Shown: one piece after another, positions 10,266 through 22,216 of the stretch
How positions within the stretch are numbered: the first letter of the stretch is position 1
Layout of the letters: every line of letters begins with the position of its first letter
NCBI GenBank assembly: GCA_963739455.1
Contig: CAVUAK010000001.1
Location: 1,088,001 to 1,152,000, forward strand
Source: an uncultured Gemmatimonadales bacterium
GTDB taxonomy: Bacteria > Gemmatimonadota > Gemmatimonadetes > Gemmatimonadales > GWC2-71-9
Direction: 5' to 3'
Length of the DNA stretch: 64,000 nt
Notes under the pieces: model-generated
Databases searched by the model: none
What the model saw: the letters and a program-made list of their open reading frames with translations, nothing else
Told to the model about the DNA's origin: nothing
Made by a program: the position numbers and the translations under genes

Positions 10266-13200
10266 CTAAGCCTTCGGCGCGGCGAGAGCCTCGGATGACG
10301 ATCCGGTTCTGCTCCAGCGCATGCGCCGCCGGATACCCCTCGGCCGGGCTCGCCCGGTCGGGGCGCCCGACATAGCTCAGGGTAGCGCCGCCAGGGAGCA
10401 CCTCGCGCAGCTTCGGCTCGAGGTAGGTCCAGGCGCCCATGTTCCTCGGCTCCTCCTGGGCCCACACCAGTTCCTTGATGCCAGGGTACCGCGCCAGCGT
10501 CTCCCGCAGCTCCGACCACGGGAAGGAGTAGAGCTGCTCGAGGCGAACCAGCGCGAGGGGTGTTGCCTGCTGCTTCGCCGCTTCCGCCAGGATGTCGTAG
10601 TAGACCTTGCCGCTGCACAGCACGACGCGCGTCACCTGGCCTCGGCGACCCTCCACCGACGCATCATCGATGACCGGCTGCCAGCGCCCCTCCGCCAGTT
10701 CCGCCAGTGTCGACGTCGCCTGCGGGTGCCGCAGCAGGCTCTTCGGCGTCATGATGACGAGCGGCCGCTGCCGGCTGCGCTTGGCCTGGCGTCGCAACAG
10801 GTGGAAGTACTGTGCCGGGGTCGTCGCGTTGGCGACCCGGATGTTGCCCTCGGCGCACGCCTGCAGGAAGCGCTCGAGCCGCGCGCTCGAGTGCTCGGGG
10901 CCCTGGCCCTCGTACCCGTGCGGAAGCAGGAGCGTGAGCCGGGTGGTGAGCCCCCACTTGGAGAGACCCGACGACAGGAACTGGTCGATCACCACCTGGG
11001 CCCCGTTGATGAAGTCGCCGAATTGCGCCTCCCACAGCACGAGTGCATCGGGGGCGGCGGCGCTATAGCCATACTCGAATCCGAGCGTCGCAAGTTCGGA
11101 GAGCGGGCTGTTGTGCAACTCGAACGGGGCCATCGAGCCCGGCAGCCTCTGCAGCGGACACCAGGTCACGCCGGTATTCACGTCGTGCAGCACGAGCTGT
11201 CGCTGGCTGAAGGTGCCGCGCTCGACGTCCTGCCCGGTGAAGCGCAGCGGTACCCCCTCCGTCAGCAGGCTCGCGAGTGCGAGCGACTCGGCGTGGGCCC
11301 AGTCGATGCCGCCGTCGGGTCCCAACGCAGGGCGCCTCCGCTCGAGCTGCTTGGCGAGCTTCGGGTGCACGCTGAAATCGGCGGGATACGTGAGCAGCTG
11401 GTCGTTGAGCGCCTTGAGCAGTTCCGGGGCGACACGCGTGTCCACTTCCTGTCCAGCCACGACCTGCTTGCGGGTCTCCGGCGTGGTGCTCTTGCCGGTG
11501 CTCGCCTTGAAGGCCTGCTGGATCTCGACGAGGCGCTGATACGCCGTCGCCGCCATCGCGTCCGCCTCGTCGCTCGTCAGGACGCCCTCAGCCACGAGCT
11601 GGCCGGCGTACTTCTCACGCACCGTCGGCAGCGCCTTGATGCGGTTGTACATGAGCGGCTGCGTGTAGGAGGGCTCGTCGCTCTCGTTGTGCCCGTGGCG
11701 CCGATAGCCCAGCAGGTCGATGAGCACGTCGCGCTGGAACCGCTGCCGGTACGCCATCGCCAGCCGGATCGCACTGAGGCAGTTCTCCGGGTCATCGGCG
11801 TTGACGTGGATGATCGGGACGTCGAAGCCCTTTGCCAGGTCGGAGGCATACCGCGTGGAGCGCGCATCGACGCTGTCGGTGGTGAAGCCGATCTGGTTGT
11901 TCGTGATGAGGTGAATGGTGCCGCCGGTGGCGTAGCCCGCAAGCGCACCAAGATTGAGCGTTTCGGCGACCACACCCTGGCCCGCGAAGGCGGCGTCACC
12001 GTGGATGACCACCGGCAATGCCGCCGAAGCGTCATGATGCGCGTCGCGCCCGCGACGCTGGGTCTGCTCGGCGCGCGCCCGTCCATCTACCACCGGTCCC
12101 ACGAACTCGAGGTGGCTCGGGTTCGGCACCAGGTTCACCGTGATGGCCCGTCCACTCGGCGTGAGGTACGCGCCCTCCGCGCCGTGATGGTACTTCACGT
12201 CACCGGTCCCGCCTTCCGGCGTGAGCAGCCCCGCCTCGACATGACGCCCGCCCTCGAACTCGGCGAAGATCGTGTCGTACGGGCGCCCCACGGTGTGCGC
12301 CAGCACGTTCAGCCGGCCCCGGTGCGCCATGCCGATGACTACCTGGCGCGACCCCTGCTCGTCGGCGGCCATCTCGATGATGGCGTCGAGCATCGGCACC
12401 AGCATGTCGACGCCCTCGATCGAGAATCGCTTCTGGCCCAGGTAGGCCTTGTGCAGGAAACGCTCGAGCGCCTCGACCTGGATCAGCCGCTCGAGCAGCC
12501 GCTTGCGGCGTTCCGTCGGGAGCGCGGTATGCACCGCGCCCGACTCGATCTGTTCGCGGAGCCACACGCGCTCCTCGTGACTCGCGATGTGCTCCACCTG
12601 GTATGCCAGCGTGCCGCAGTAGGTCTCCTGCAGGTGCGGATAGGCATCGAGCAGCGTCTCGCCTGGCACCGCGACTCGCAGGACGGCCGCAGGAATCTGC
12701 GCCATCACGTCCGGCGTAAGCCCGAGCGGTACCGGGTCCAGCGCGGGGTCGCCACTCGGCTCGCTGCCAAGTGGATCGAGGTGAGCGGCGAGGTGTCCAT
12801 GAGTGCGGAACGCCTTCACCAGCGCCATCCCGGCGGCCACGTTGAAGAGCGCGGACGTCGCGATCGGTGCCGCACCGGCCACCGGCGCCGCAACTGCCGC
12901 GACGCTGACGTCCCGTTCGGCGCGTAGCGCCGCGGTCGCAACGCCGAGCGCGGCGGAGATCTCCGAGTAGAAGCCGTCCTCACCCTGCAGCAGCGCGTCA
13001 ACGGTGCCGAGAAAGGCGCCCGACTCGGCGCCCTGGATGATGCGGTGGTCATAGGTGCTGCTGACGGTCATCACCTTCGAGATGCCCAGCTCGGCGATGC
13101 GTGACGCGGCCATCGTGGCAAACTCAGGCGGGAAGGCAATTGATCCGACGGCGATGATGCTGCCCTGGCCCACCATCAACCGCGGCACGGACGCTCGCGT

Positions 13201-13932
13201 GCCGAGACCGCCCGGGTTGGTGAGCGACATGGTGGCACCGGCAAAATCGTCGGGCATCAGCTTGTTGACCCGGGCCTTGTCCACCACGCCCTCGTAGGCG
13301 CGGAGGAAGGCAGCGAAGTCCATCGCCTCGGCGCCCTTGATGACGGGTACGACCAGGCCGCGGCTGCCGTCCTTGCGGGTCACGTCCACCGCGAGGCCGA
13401 GATTGATTCCCGCTGGAGTCACCCGTACCGGCTTTCCGTCCTGCTCGGCAAAGGTGTGGCTCATGACGGGATGCTGCTTCGTCGCGCGGACAATCGCCCA
13501 TGCGATCAGGTGCGTAAACGAGATCTTCTCGCTGCGGCCCGCCTGCTTGAGTGCGGCATTGAGCGCCTTCCGGGCATTCTCCAGCTGCGCCACGGGGAGC
13601 TCACGGAAGGTCGTGGCCGTCGGGACGGTGAGGCTCTCGTTCATGTTCTGCACGAGACGCGCGGCCGGACCCTTGATGGGGGTGGCGCTCGTCAGGGCCG
13701 GTGAGGCGGGTAGGGTGGGTGGAGCGGGTGCGGCCTCGCGGGCAACACCGACGTCGACGGCATCAGTCCGCGCCGTGGTGCCGCTGCCGTTCAGCGCCGG
13801 CGCCTCCCCAACGACGCCACTCTCGAACAACTGGCGCCATTCCGTGTCGACCGAAGCCGGATCACGGAGAAATTCCTCGTACATGACTTGCGCGAAGCCG
13901 GCATTGGCCGTCTCGAACACGTTCGGATCCAC
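10266..13932 (-). CDS. sucA: Multifunctional 2-oxoglutarate dehydrogenase E1 with N-terminal E2-like acyltransferase domain (Kgd/OdhA type); late frameshift near 10292
   Basis: N-terminal TNPGGLGT and YDHRIIQGAESG (E2-like), then GMAHRGRLN, HGDAAFAGQG, EAQFGDF and LPHGYEGQGPEHSSAR. The natural end EALAAPKA* is at 10266 after a frame change. Confidence 0.93.
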
Positions 13933-13964
13933 GGACTACTCTCCTGGTGTCATCGGCACCCCGG

Positions 13965-15648
13965 CTAGGACTGCCGGGACGGCAAACTCCTGAAAGTTAG
14001 TGGAAGTTCGGGCACGGCGGTGAGGGGGAGCGTCCGGCCGGTCAGGGCCCGGTAGGCTGCCACCTCGCGCTCCTGCTCCCCAGGGGTCCAGCGCAGCTCC
14101 CGTCCCAGGAGCTCGGCCGTCCTGGCGGCAGCCGAGGCCCCCTGGTCCCTGGCCTCGTAAAACAGGTGTATCCGCCGTACCAGGACGTCGGCGACCGATC
14201 GGGCGAACTCCTTTCGGGCGGCATGAAGCACCTCGGCGGCCACGGCCGGGTGATCGGGCTGCAGACGGTCGGCAAGGCCGGGCTCGCTCCGCATCAGGTT
14301 GAAGATGCCGGCCGCCTCGGTGCCGTAGTGCCGGAGCATGTGCTCGACGGTAGCCACATCCACCCCCGAATCGACCCCGACCGAGCGAATGGCGGCGAGG
14401 CTGGCAGACTCGCCGCCTGGCAGTGGCTCCTGGTCGGTCCCGGCCTCGGACGGCCATGCTCCCCGTGCCTCCGCATTGAGGCGTCTCACCACGTGGTCGA
14501 CCACCTGCGCCGACATCAGCCGGTATGTCGTCAGCTTGCCACCTGCCACCGTTACCATGCCGCCCGGCCCGTCGGTGACGATATGCTCCCGGGACACCGC
14601 CGCAGCGCCGACGGCGCCGTCCTCGATGAGCGGTCGCAGGCCAGCCCAGGTCGCCACCACGTCCTCTTCGCCCAGGTGGGCATTGGGAAAGCGGCTGTTC
14701 GCCGAGCGCAGGAGGTAGCGTACGTCCTCGGACGAGGCCCGCACCTCGTCGGGGGACTCGGCGGTGTCGGTGTCGGTGGTGCCGATGTAGGACCACGCGC
14801 CCCAGGGGAGGATGAACATCAACCTGCCGTCCAGGGGACTCGTGAAGGTGATGGCCTCGTGATTGCCAAGACGCTCGCGCGGTACCACGGCGTGAGTGCC
14901 CTTGGTGAGGCGCAGCAGGCGCGGCGCTCGGGGATCCTCGAGCCGGCGGACCTGGTCCGCCCATGGGCCGGTGGCGTTGACCACCATGGATGCGCGCAGG
15001 GTGGCCTCGCGACCGGTACGGACGTCGACGCAGCTGGGCGCCGGCCACCCGGCCGTGATCCAGAACCAGTCCCGTCACCGTAGTGTATGTGAGGATGGTG
15101 GCGCCATGCTCATGCGCCGAGCGCGCCGTGGCCACCACGAGGCGGGCGTCGTCGCACTGGGCATCGAAGTAGCGCGCCCCTCCGCGCAGCCCCGCGGCGC
15201 GAAGCCCGGGCTCCCGCGAGAGCAGGGCGCGCTTGCCCAGCATCTTGTGTGGGCTCACATTGCGGAACAGTGCGAGCAGGTCGTACACCCACATGCCGGC
15301 AGCAAGCTGCCAGCGGCGGAGCCGGTCGCCGTCGTGCACCGGGAACACGAACGGCAGCGGCCAGACCAGGTGCGGAGCGATGCGCCGCAGGACGGCGCGC
15401 TCGCGCAGCGATTCGAAGACGAGGCGCAGCTCGCCATGCTCGAGGTAGCGGAGCCCGCCGTGTACCAGGCGGCTGGAGCGGCTGCTGGTGCCGAAGGCCA
15501 AGTCGTTCTGCTCGACCAGCACCGTGCGCATGCCCCGCATCGCGGCGTCACGCGCGACACCGGCACCGACAATGCCGCCACCGATGACGAGGAGATCCAC
15601 GGCGCGACTCGCTGTTTCCTTCAGTGATGCCGGCCGGTCCGATTCCAC
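13965..15648 (-). CDS. glpD: FAD-dependent glycerol-3-phosphate dehydrogenase; frameshift near 15020
   Basis: VIGGGIVG, GTSSRSSRLVHGGLRYLE, VVNATGPWAD, GTTDT, WAGLRPL and GGKLTTYR motifs; GAGGAGG RBS before the GTG at 15648. Confidence 0.92.
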
Positions 15649-16197
15649 GTGCCTCCTCACCCTCCTCTCCCGCTTACGCGGCCCAGCACCTGGTTTGCCT
15701 GGCAGGCCGACCGGCTCATGCCGGGAAGCCGCGTACTCGACCTTGCCTGCGGCACCGGTCGGCATGCCATCGCCGCGGCGCAGCGTGGTGCCACGGTGGT
15801 GGCCGTCGATCGCGATGCCGAGAGCCTGGCCACCGCGCGCGAGTTCGCGGCGGCGGCCGGCGTGCGGGTGGACTGGCAGCAGGCCGACCTCGAGGACGCC
15901 TGGCCCGACTGGGGCCTCTTTGATGCCGTCCTGATCTTCAACTACCTCGACCGGCCGCGCTTTCCCCGGGCCCTGGACGCGGTGCGCCCGGGCGGGCTGC
16001 TCATCGCGGAGAGTTTCCTGACCACCCAGCGCGAACAGGGATGGGGTCCCACCGCCGATGCACACCTGCTGCTGCCCGGCGAGCTCGCCCGCCTGGTTGC
16101 GCCGTTCGAGATAATGCATGGGCGCGAGGTCGCCGAGCCCGTCGATACAGAGCGCTGGCGCCACGTGGCCAGCGTGTGTGCGCGCAACTCCGGTTGA
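15649..16197 (+). CDS. Class I SAM-dependent methyltransferase (TehB-like)
   Basis: VLDLACGTGRH motif I, FDAVLIFNYL and RPGGLL; start uncertain. Confidence 0.85.
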   Translation: MPPHPPLPLTRPSTWFAWQADRLMPGSRVLDLACGTGRHAIAAAQRGATVVAVDRDAESLATAREFAAAAGVRVDWQQADLEDAWPDWGLFDAVLIFNYLDRPRFPRALDAVRPGGLLIAESFLTTQREQGWGPTADAHLLLPGELARLVAPFEIMHGREVAEPVDTERWRHVASVCARNSG

Positions 16198-16222
16198 CGA
16201 AGTCTAACGGGGCTCCATCCGC

Positions 16223-17519
16223 ATGTCCTTCCCAGTGACCGACCGTCGCGTCGCGATCGTCGCGGGCCTTCGCACGCCCTTCGCCCGCAGCGGCACCGTC
16301 CTCCGCGACGCGGCGGGCGTGGCCATGGCCCGGCACGCCGCGCGCGAGCTGCTCTATCGGACGGAGCTCGACGGTGCACTCGTCGACGAGGTCATCCTGG
16401 GCCAGGTCGTGCCGTCGGTGCTGACGCCGAACGTGGCGCGCGAGGTCAGCCTGCTGCCGCAGTTCCCGCGCACGATCCCCGCATACACGCTCAACCGGGC
16501 CTGCGCGTCCGCGGCACAGGCCATCACCAACGCCGCAGACCAGATCCGGCTCGGCCACGCCGACGTGATCCTCGCCGGCGGGGTGGAATCACTCTCGGAT
16601 ATTCCGGTCCTGCACTCGCGCCGCTTCAGCCGGCTGCTGGTGGACGCGAGCAAGGCGAAGACACTGGGGCAGCGGCTGGGCATCTTCGCGCAGGTGCGGC
16701 CCCGCGACCTCATTCCGGTGACCCCGGCGATTGCCGAGCCGTCTACCGGCGAATCGATGGGCCAGTCGGCCGAGAAGATGGCGAAGGAGAATGGCATCAG
16801 CCGCGAGGAGCAGGATCGGCTGGCACTGCAGAGCCACGTGCGCGCCGCCGCCGGCACCGCCGATGGCCGGCTCACTGCGGAGATCGCGCCGTGGTTCGGC
16901 GGCAAGGGTGGCGACGAGGTGGTGACCAGCGACAACGGCATCCGCAGCGACTCCTCGCTCGAGCAACTGGCGAAGCTGCGCCCGGTCTTCGATCGCACCT
17001 ACGGCACCGTCACCGCCGGGCAACAGTTCGCCGCTCACCGACGGAGCGGCGATGGTGCTGCTCATGTCCGAGGAGCGCGCCCGCAGCCTGGGATACGAGC
17101 CGCTCGCGTTCCTCCGCAGCTATGCCGTTGCCGCCGTCGATCCGGGATGGCAGCTGCTCATGGGACCCGCGTACGCCGTGCCGAAGGCGCTCGAGCGCGC
17201 CGGCATTCCCTGGGGCGAGCTCGGCCTGGTCGAGATTCACGAGGCGTTTGCGGCGCAGGTGCTCTCGAACGTCCAGGCGTGGGGGTCCGCGCGCTGGGCC
17301 GAGCGCCTGGGGCTGCCCGGCCCCGTCGGGGAGGTGGACTGGGAGCGCACCAATGTCACCGGCGGCTCCATCGCGATCGGTCACCCGTTCGGCGCCACGG
17401 GCGCGCGCATCGTCACCACGCTGGCGAACGAGATGCAGCGGCGCGACGTGCAGTTCGGGCTGATCTCCATCTGCGCGCAGGGCGGCATGGGCAGCGCGCT
17501 GGTCCTCGAGAGGACGTGA
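16223..17519 (+). CDS. fadI: 3-ketoacyl-CoA thiolase; frameshift near 17018
   Basis: LRTPF, NRACAS, MGQSAEKMAK, HEAFAAQ, GGSIAIGHPFGATG and CAQGG motifs. Confidence 0.92.
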
Positions 17520-17521
17520 TC

Positions 17522-19660
17522 GTGCCTGCCCTCACTGTCGAAATCGAGGCGGGCGTCGCGGTGGTGACGCTCGACGTGCCCGGCGCACCGGTCAACACCC
17601 TGTCCACCGCCGTGGCGCAGGAGTTCGACGGACTCCTGACGCGCCTCGAGAACGATCCGGAGGTGAGCGCCATCGTGCTCATCTCCGGCAAGCCCGACAA
17701 CTTCATCGCCGGCGCTGACATCGAGGAGTTCACGCGCCTGCGCACCGCGGAGGAGGCCACGAGCCTCAGTCGGCGCGCGCAGGAGCTGATGAATCGCGTC
17801 GCGGCGAGCCGCAAGCCGGTCGTGGCCGCCATTCACGGCAGCTGCCTCGGCGGCGGGCTCGAACTCGCGCTGGCCTGTCACTGGCGCGTCGCCACCGATC
17901 ACCCGAAGACCCAGCTCGGGCTGCCCGAGGTCCAGCTCGGCATCATTCCCGGTGCCGGTGGCTGCAATCGCCTGCCGCGCCTCATCGGTGTCCGCGCGGC
18001 GCTCGACATCATCCTGGCCGGCAAGTCCGAGCGCGCGGCGAAGGCGCACAAGCTTGGGCTCGCCGATGAGCTGGTCCATCCGGCGATCCTGCGCGACGTG
18101 GCGCAGCGCGCCGCGACACGACTGGCGAAGGACGGTGTGCCGGTGCGGTCACCGAAGCGCGGCCGTGGCGGGCTTGCTGCTCGACGGCACCGCGCCGGGG
18201 CGCGCCCTGGTGTACCGCATGGCGCAGAAACAGGTGCTGTCGAAGACCGGGGGGCACTACCCCGCGCCGCTCGCAGCACTCGACACTGTTCGCGTAAGCC
18301 TGTCGCGCGGCATGGAAGCAGGGCTGGCGTATGAGGCGCTGCGCTTCGGCGAGCTTGCCGTCACCGATGTCTCGCGCAACCTGGTGGCCATCTTCTTCGC
18401 CACCACGGCGCTCAAGAAGGACGACGGCGTTCCGCCCGGCGCGGCGGGCGGCTCGGCCCGGTGGGCCGTATCGGCGTGGTCGGCGCCGGGTTCATGGGCG
18501 CCGGCATTGCGGGCACCGCGGCGCTCAACGCCGAGGTCGAGGTGCGCATGCGCGACGCCGACCTGCCGCGCGTGGGCAAGGGCCTCAAGGCCGCGACCGC
18601 AATCCTGGACCAGCGCCTGAAGCGGAAGCGCCTCAGCCGCCCGGAGTACCAGCGACTCGCGGCACTCATCTCCGGCTCGGCGGACGACAGCGGCTTTCGG
18701 GCGCGCGGACCTCGTCATCGAGGCGGTCTTCGAGGACCTCGAGGTCAAGCGCGAGGTGGTGGGCGCGCTGGAGCAAGTGCTGTCGGCCCCGAGGCGGTCA
18801 TTGCGACGAACACCTCGACCATCCCGATCGCCGACATCGCTGCCGGGGCGGAGCGCCCCGATCGGGTGCTCGGCATGCACTTCTTCTCGCCGGTCGAGAA
18901 AATGCCGCTGCTCGAGGTCATCCCGCACGAGGGCACCTCCGCGCGGTCCATCGCCACCGCGGTGCGCTTCGGCCGGCGCATGGGCAAGACCGTCATCGTC
19001 GTCGGCGACCTGCCGGGGTTCTGGGTCAACCGCATCCTGACGCCCTACCTCAACGAAGCGGGCATCCTGCTGATGGAAGGTGCCCCGATGGATGTCCTCG
19101 ACCGGGTGATGACGCGCTTCGGCTTCCCGGTCGGTCCGGTGACGCTGCTCGACGAGGTGGGGCTCGATGTGGCACAGAAGGCCGCCGGCGTCATGCACGG
19201 CGCCTTCGGCGCGCGGATGGCGCCGTCTGACTTCGTTCGCACGATGACGGCAGACGGGCGCCTGGGACGCAAGAACGGCCGGGGCTTCTATCGCTATGAG
19301 GGCGGGAAGAGGCTCGGCCCGGACGATTCCGTCTATGCGTTGGCCGGGGTGACCAAGCTGCCGAACATCGACGAACCGTGGGTGGAGCGACGGCTGGTGT
19401 ACGCGATGCTCAACGAGGCGGCCCTGGCCGAGGCCGATGGCGTCATCCGCTCGCCGCGCGACGGTGACATCGGGGCGATCTTCGGCATCGGTTTCCCGCC
19501 CTTCAGGGGCGGTCCGCTACGCATGATCGATTCGGTGGGGGCCGCGCAGGTGGTTCGCACGCTGCGCGAATTGGGCGACGCCCATGGCGGGCGGTTTGAT
19601 CCAGCGCCCAGCCTGGTGGAGATGGCTGGGCGCGGAGGGCGGTACTACCCGGACGCCTGA
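17522..19660 (+). CDS. fadJ: Fatty acid oxidation complex alpha subunit (enoyl-CoA hydratase/3-hydroxyacyl-CoA dehydrogenase); several frameshifts
   Basis: FIAGADI, CLGGGLE, LPEVQLGIIPGAGG, VVGAGFMGAG, GMHFFSPVEKMPLLEVI and GIGFPPFRGGP across frames. Confidence 0.92.
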
Positions 19661-19667
19661 CCTGGGA

Positions 19668-20198
19668 TCAGGAAAGCTCGTCGCCGTCGGGCGGTGGCGG
19701 TGGCTCGGTCGTCGGACGCGACGCGGCCCACGTTTCCCAGGTGAGGTGGCAGCGGTCCTGGAAATACTCTGGCGGATGTCCCGCCCTGTTCAGCAGGGCA
19801 TGCAGCATTTCATGGCGCACGACCATCTCGTGCTCCACATAGTTGCCGGCGATCACGATGCGGATGTCGTTGCCCGTCTTGATCCGGATGCCGACCTTTT
19901 CCCCCTCAGCGGTGGGGAAGGTGGACACGCCCGGGACGACGTACCACTTGATGCGACCGATGTTGCCCTGGATGGCAGAGCAGCCTTCGGTGCTGACCCA
20001 CCAAGCCTGATACTCGGCCGGCGGCACGAAAGCCTGTGCACCGTCGGGCAATGTGCTCGTTGGTTCCGTGGTGCATCCCAGCAATGGGATGAGCAACGCG
20101 GGAAGGAAGGCTCGGCTGAACGGCCGACGCCGGACGGGCAGTTCCGGTTCCTGAGAGAACCGGTTTCGAACTGGCGTGGAACGCATTGCGTCTCCCAC
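19668..20198 (-). CDS. Hypothetical lipoprotein with HEXXH motif
   Basis: LLGC lipobox; VRHEMLHALL...GHP zincin-like motif; start uncertain. Confidence 0.6.
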   Translation of the reverse strand: MGDAMRSTPVRNRFSQEPELPVRRRPFSRAFLPALLIPLLGCTTEPTSTLPDGAQAFVPPAEYQAWWVSTEGCSAIQGNIGRIKWYVVPGVSTFPTAEGEKVGIRIKTGNDIRIVIAGNYVEHEMVVRHEMLHALLNRAGHPPEYFQDRCHLTWETWAASRPTTEPPPPPDGDELS

Positions 20199-20312
20199 GC
20201 CCGATAATTTCCACCTTCGGCACCGAGCTATCTCTTGCGCAGGGGGCGCTCGAGACCTCTAGTTTTGCGGCCCCGGATCACTCCGGGTGTGCTCTTATCG
20301 GGCGGTCAGTGG

Positions 20313-20394
20313 GTTGACCCTATCACCGTCAAGTTTGACGGCACCTCGAACCTACGGGCTGCGGGATATGGGGTCAACGACGGCAAAATTGACG
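20313..20394. promoter_or_regulatory. Palindromic GTCAA/TTGAC-type operator-like sites in a lower-GC intergenic region
   Basis: CCGTCAA-GT-TTGACGG (20326-20341), a degenerate copy CGGCAAAATTGACG (20381-20394), and flanking GTTGACCC...GGGTCAAC. Confidence 0.4.
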
Positions 20395-20555
20395 ATCATA
20401 AATATCTTGTTGGGAAACTACTTAGACATGTTTACTGCCCAGAATATTGACACCGCTTTTGGCGCCTAGCAGTATTACATGTCGAAGCAGCGCAACAGAA
20501 TTCCCAAATTTCTGCTCTCATTGGTGGACACCACAGCCGCTTTTGGAGTTATCCT

Positions 20556-22126
20556 GTGACTCGTTTCTTCACTCTGGCTGCTCGCAATCACCTCGCTTTC
20601 TGCCGTCCAGCTTCACGCCCAGACGCTTCCCGGTCGAGGATCCGGTGCTTCGGCGACTCTGGTCGCTCGGCATCGACAGCAGCAAGACCTACGAACTGGC
20701 GCAGCCGCTCCTCGACTCGATCGGGCCGCGTCTGACCGGGTCACCGGCCATCCGGTCCGGGAACGACTGGCTCGTCGCGCGCTACCAGGAGTGGGGCATC
20801 ACCGCGAGGAACGAGCAGTACGGCACCTGGCGCGAGCTGGCGGCGCGGGATCACGCACTTCGACCTGCTCTCGCCGCGCGTGCGCTACACTCGAGGCGAT
20901 GACGCTGGCCTGGAGCACGCCGACGAAGGGCAAGGTCGAGGGCAAGGTCATCATCCTTCCCGATCTCGCGGACAGCGCGGCCTTCAAGGCGTGGCTGCCC
21001 GACGGCGAAGGGCAACTTCATCCTCGCGTCATTTCCGCAGCCGACCTGCCGGCCCGATTCCAGCTTCAAGCAGAACGCGCTGCCCGCGACCTGGGATAGC
21101 CTCCTGGCGACTCGGAAGCGCGGGCGGGACGACTGGACAGCGCGCGTGCAGCGCACCGGCCTGCAGGGTGATGCGCTCGTCGTGGCCCTCGCCGATGCCG
21201 GTGCCGCCGGCGTCGTCACGTCGCTCTGGTCGCAGGGATGGGGCGTCGACAAGATCTTCGGTACGCGGGCCACGAAGGCGCCGGTGGTCGACGTGAGCTG
21301 CGAGGACTACGGCCTCCTCTTCCGGCTCGCCGAGCGGAACCAGTCGCCGGTCGTGCGCCTCGAAGCCCAGTCGGAGGCGCTTGGCGAGCAGCCGGTCTTC
21401 AACACGATCGCGGAGATTCGTGGCGTCGAGAAGCCCGACGAGTACGTCATGCTCTCGGCCCACTTCGACAGCTGGGACGGCGCGTCCGGTGCGACGGACA
21501 ACGGCACCGGCACCATCACGATGCTCGAGGCGGCGCGGCTGCTGAGCATCGCCTACCCGAGGCCGAAGCGCACGATCATCATCGGGCACTGGAGCGGTGA
21601 GGAGCAGGGGCTGAACGGGTCGCGCGCCTGGGCCGCCGATCACCCGGAAGTCGTGCAGCACCTGCAGGCGCTGTTCAACCAGGACAACGGCACCGGACGG
21701 ATCCAGACCATCTCGACGCAGGGGCTCACCGGGGCCGGTGCGTTCTTCGCCAACTGGTTTGCCCGGCTTCCCACCGAGCTCACGGCCGACATCAAGCTGC
21801 AGATTCCCGGTACCCCGGGCAGCGGCGGCACCGACAACGCCAGCTTCGTCTGCTACGGCGCGCCGGCCTTCGGGCTCGGCTCGCTGCCCTGGGAGTACTT
21901 CACCTACACCTGGCACACGAACCGCGACACCTTCGACAAGATCGTGTTCGACGAGTTGAAGCAGAACGCGACGCTGGCCGCGATGCTGGTGTACCTGGCC
22001 TCGGAGGATCCGCAGTCAATGCCGCGGGATCGACGCGTCATGCCGGTGGATCCCGCCACCGGGAAGGCGCGACCATGGCCGGAGTGCACGAAGCCGGCGC
22101 GCACCAGCGCGGAGAGCCAACGGTAG
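20556..22126 (+). CDS. Exported M28 family metallopeptidase (carboxypeptidase Q-like); several frameshifts in the 5' half
   Basis: GGAG RBS and GTG at 20556; DSIGPRLTGS, SAHFDSW, GATDNGTG, WSGEEQGL, DNGTG, GGTD and WHTNRDTFD motifs. Confidence 0.88.
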
Positions 22127-22216
22127 CCGCGCGCAAGACGCCGAGGATAGGCAACCTGACGACCGCCCCTTAGCTTGGGGGCGGTCGCCGGAACCCCCAG
22201 CAAGGATGCTGATCGC

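Noticed and set aside
10321..12927. Long antisense ORFs (also 3320-5128, 49741-51771, 33362-34705)
   Set aside because: Shadow ORFs opposite real high-GC3 genes, with no recognisable motifs.
16223..18334. 703-aa ORF appearing to fuse thiolase and enoyl-CoA hydratase
   Set aside because: An artefact of the frameshift near 17018. The thiolase C-terminus is in another frame and stops at 17519, just before the fadJ start.
20292..20373. SAM-I riboswitch resemblance (CTCTTATC...GATATGGG)
   Set aside because: It lacks the GAG after AUC, the kink-turn and the GCAACC/GTGC core, and the downstream gene is not sulfur-related. Kept only as an unassigned structure.
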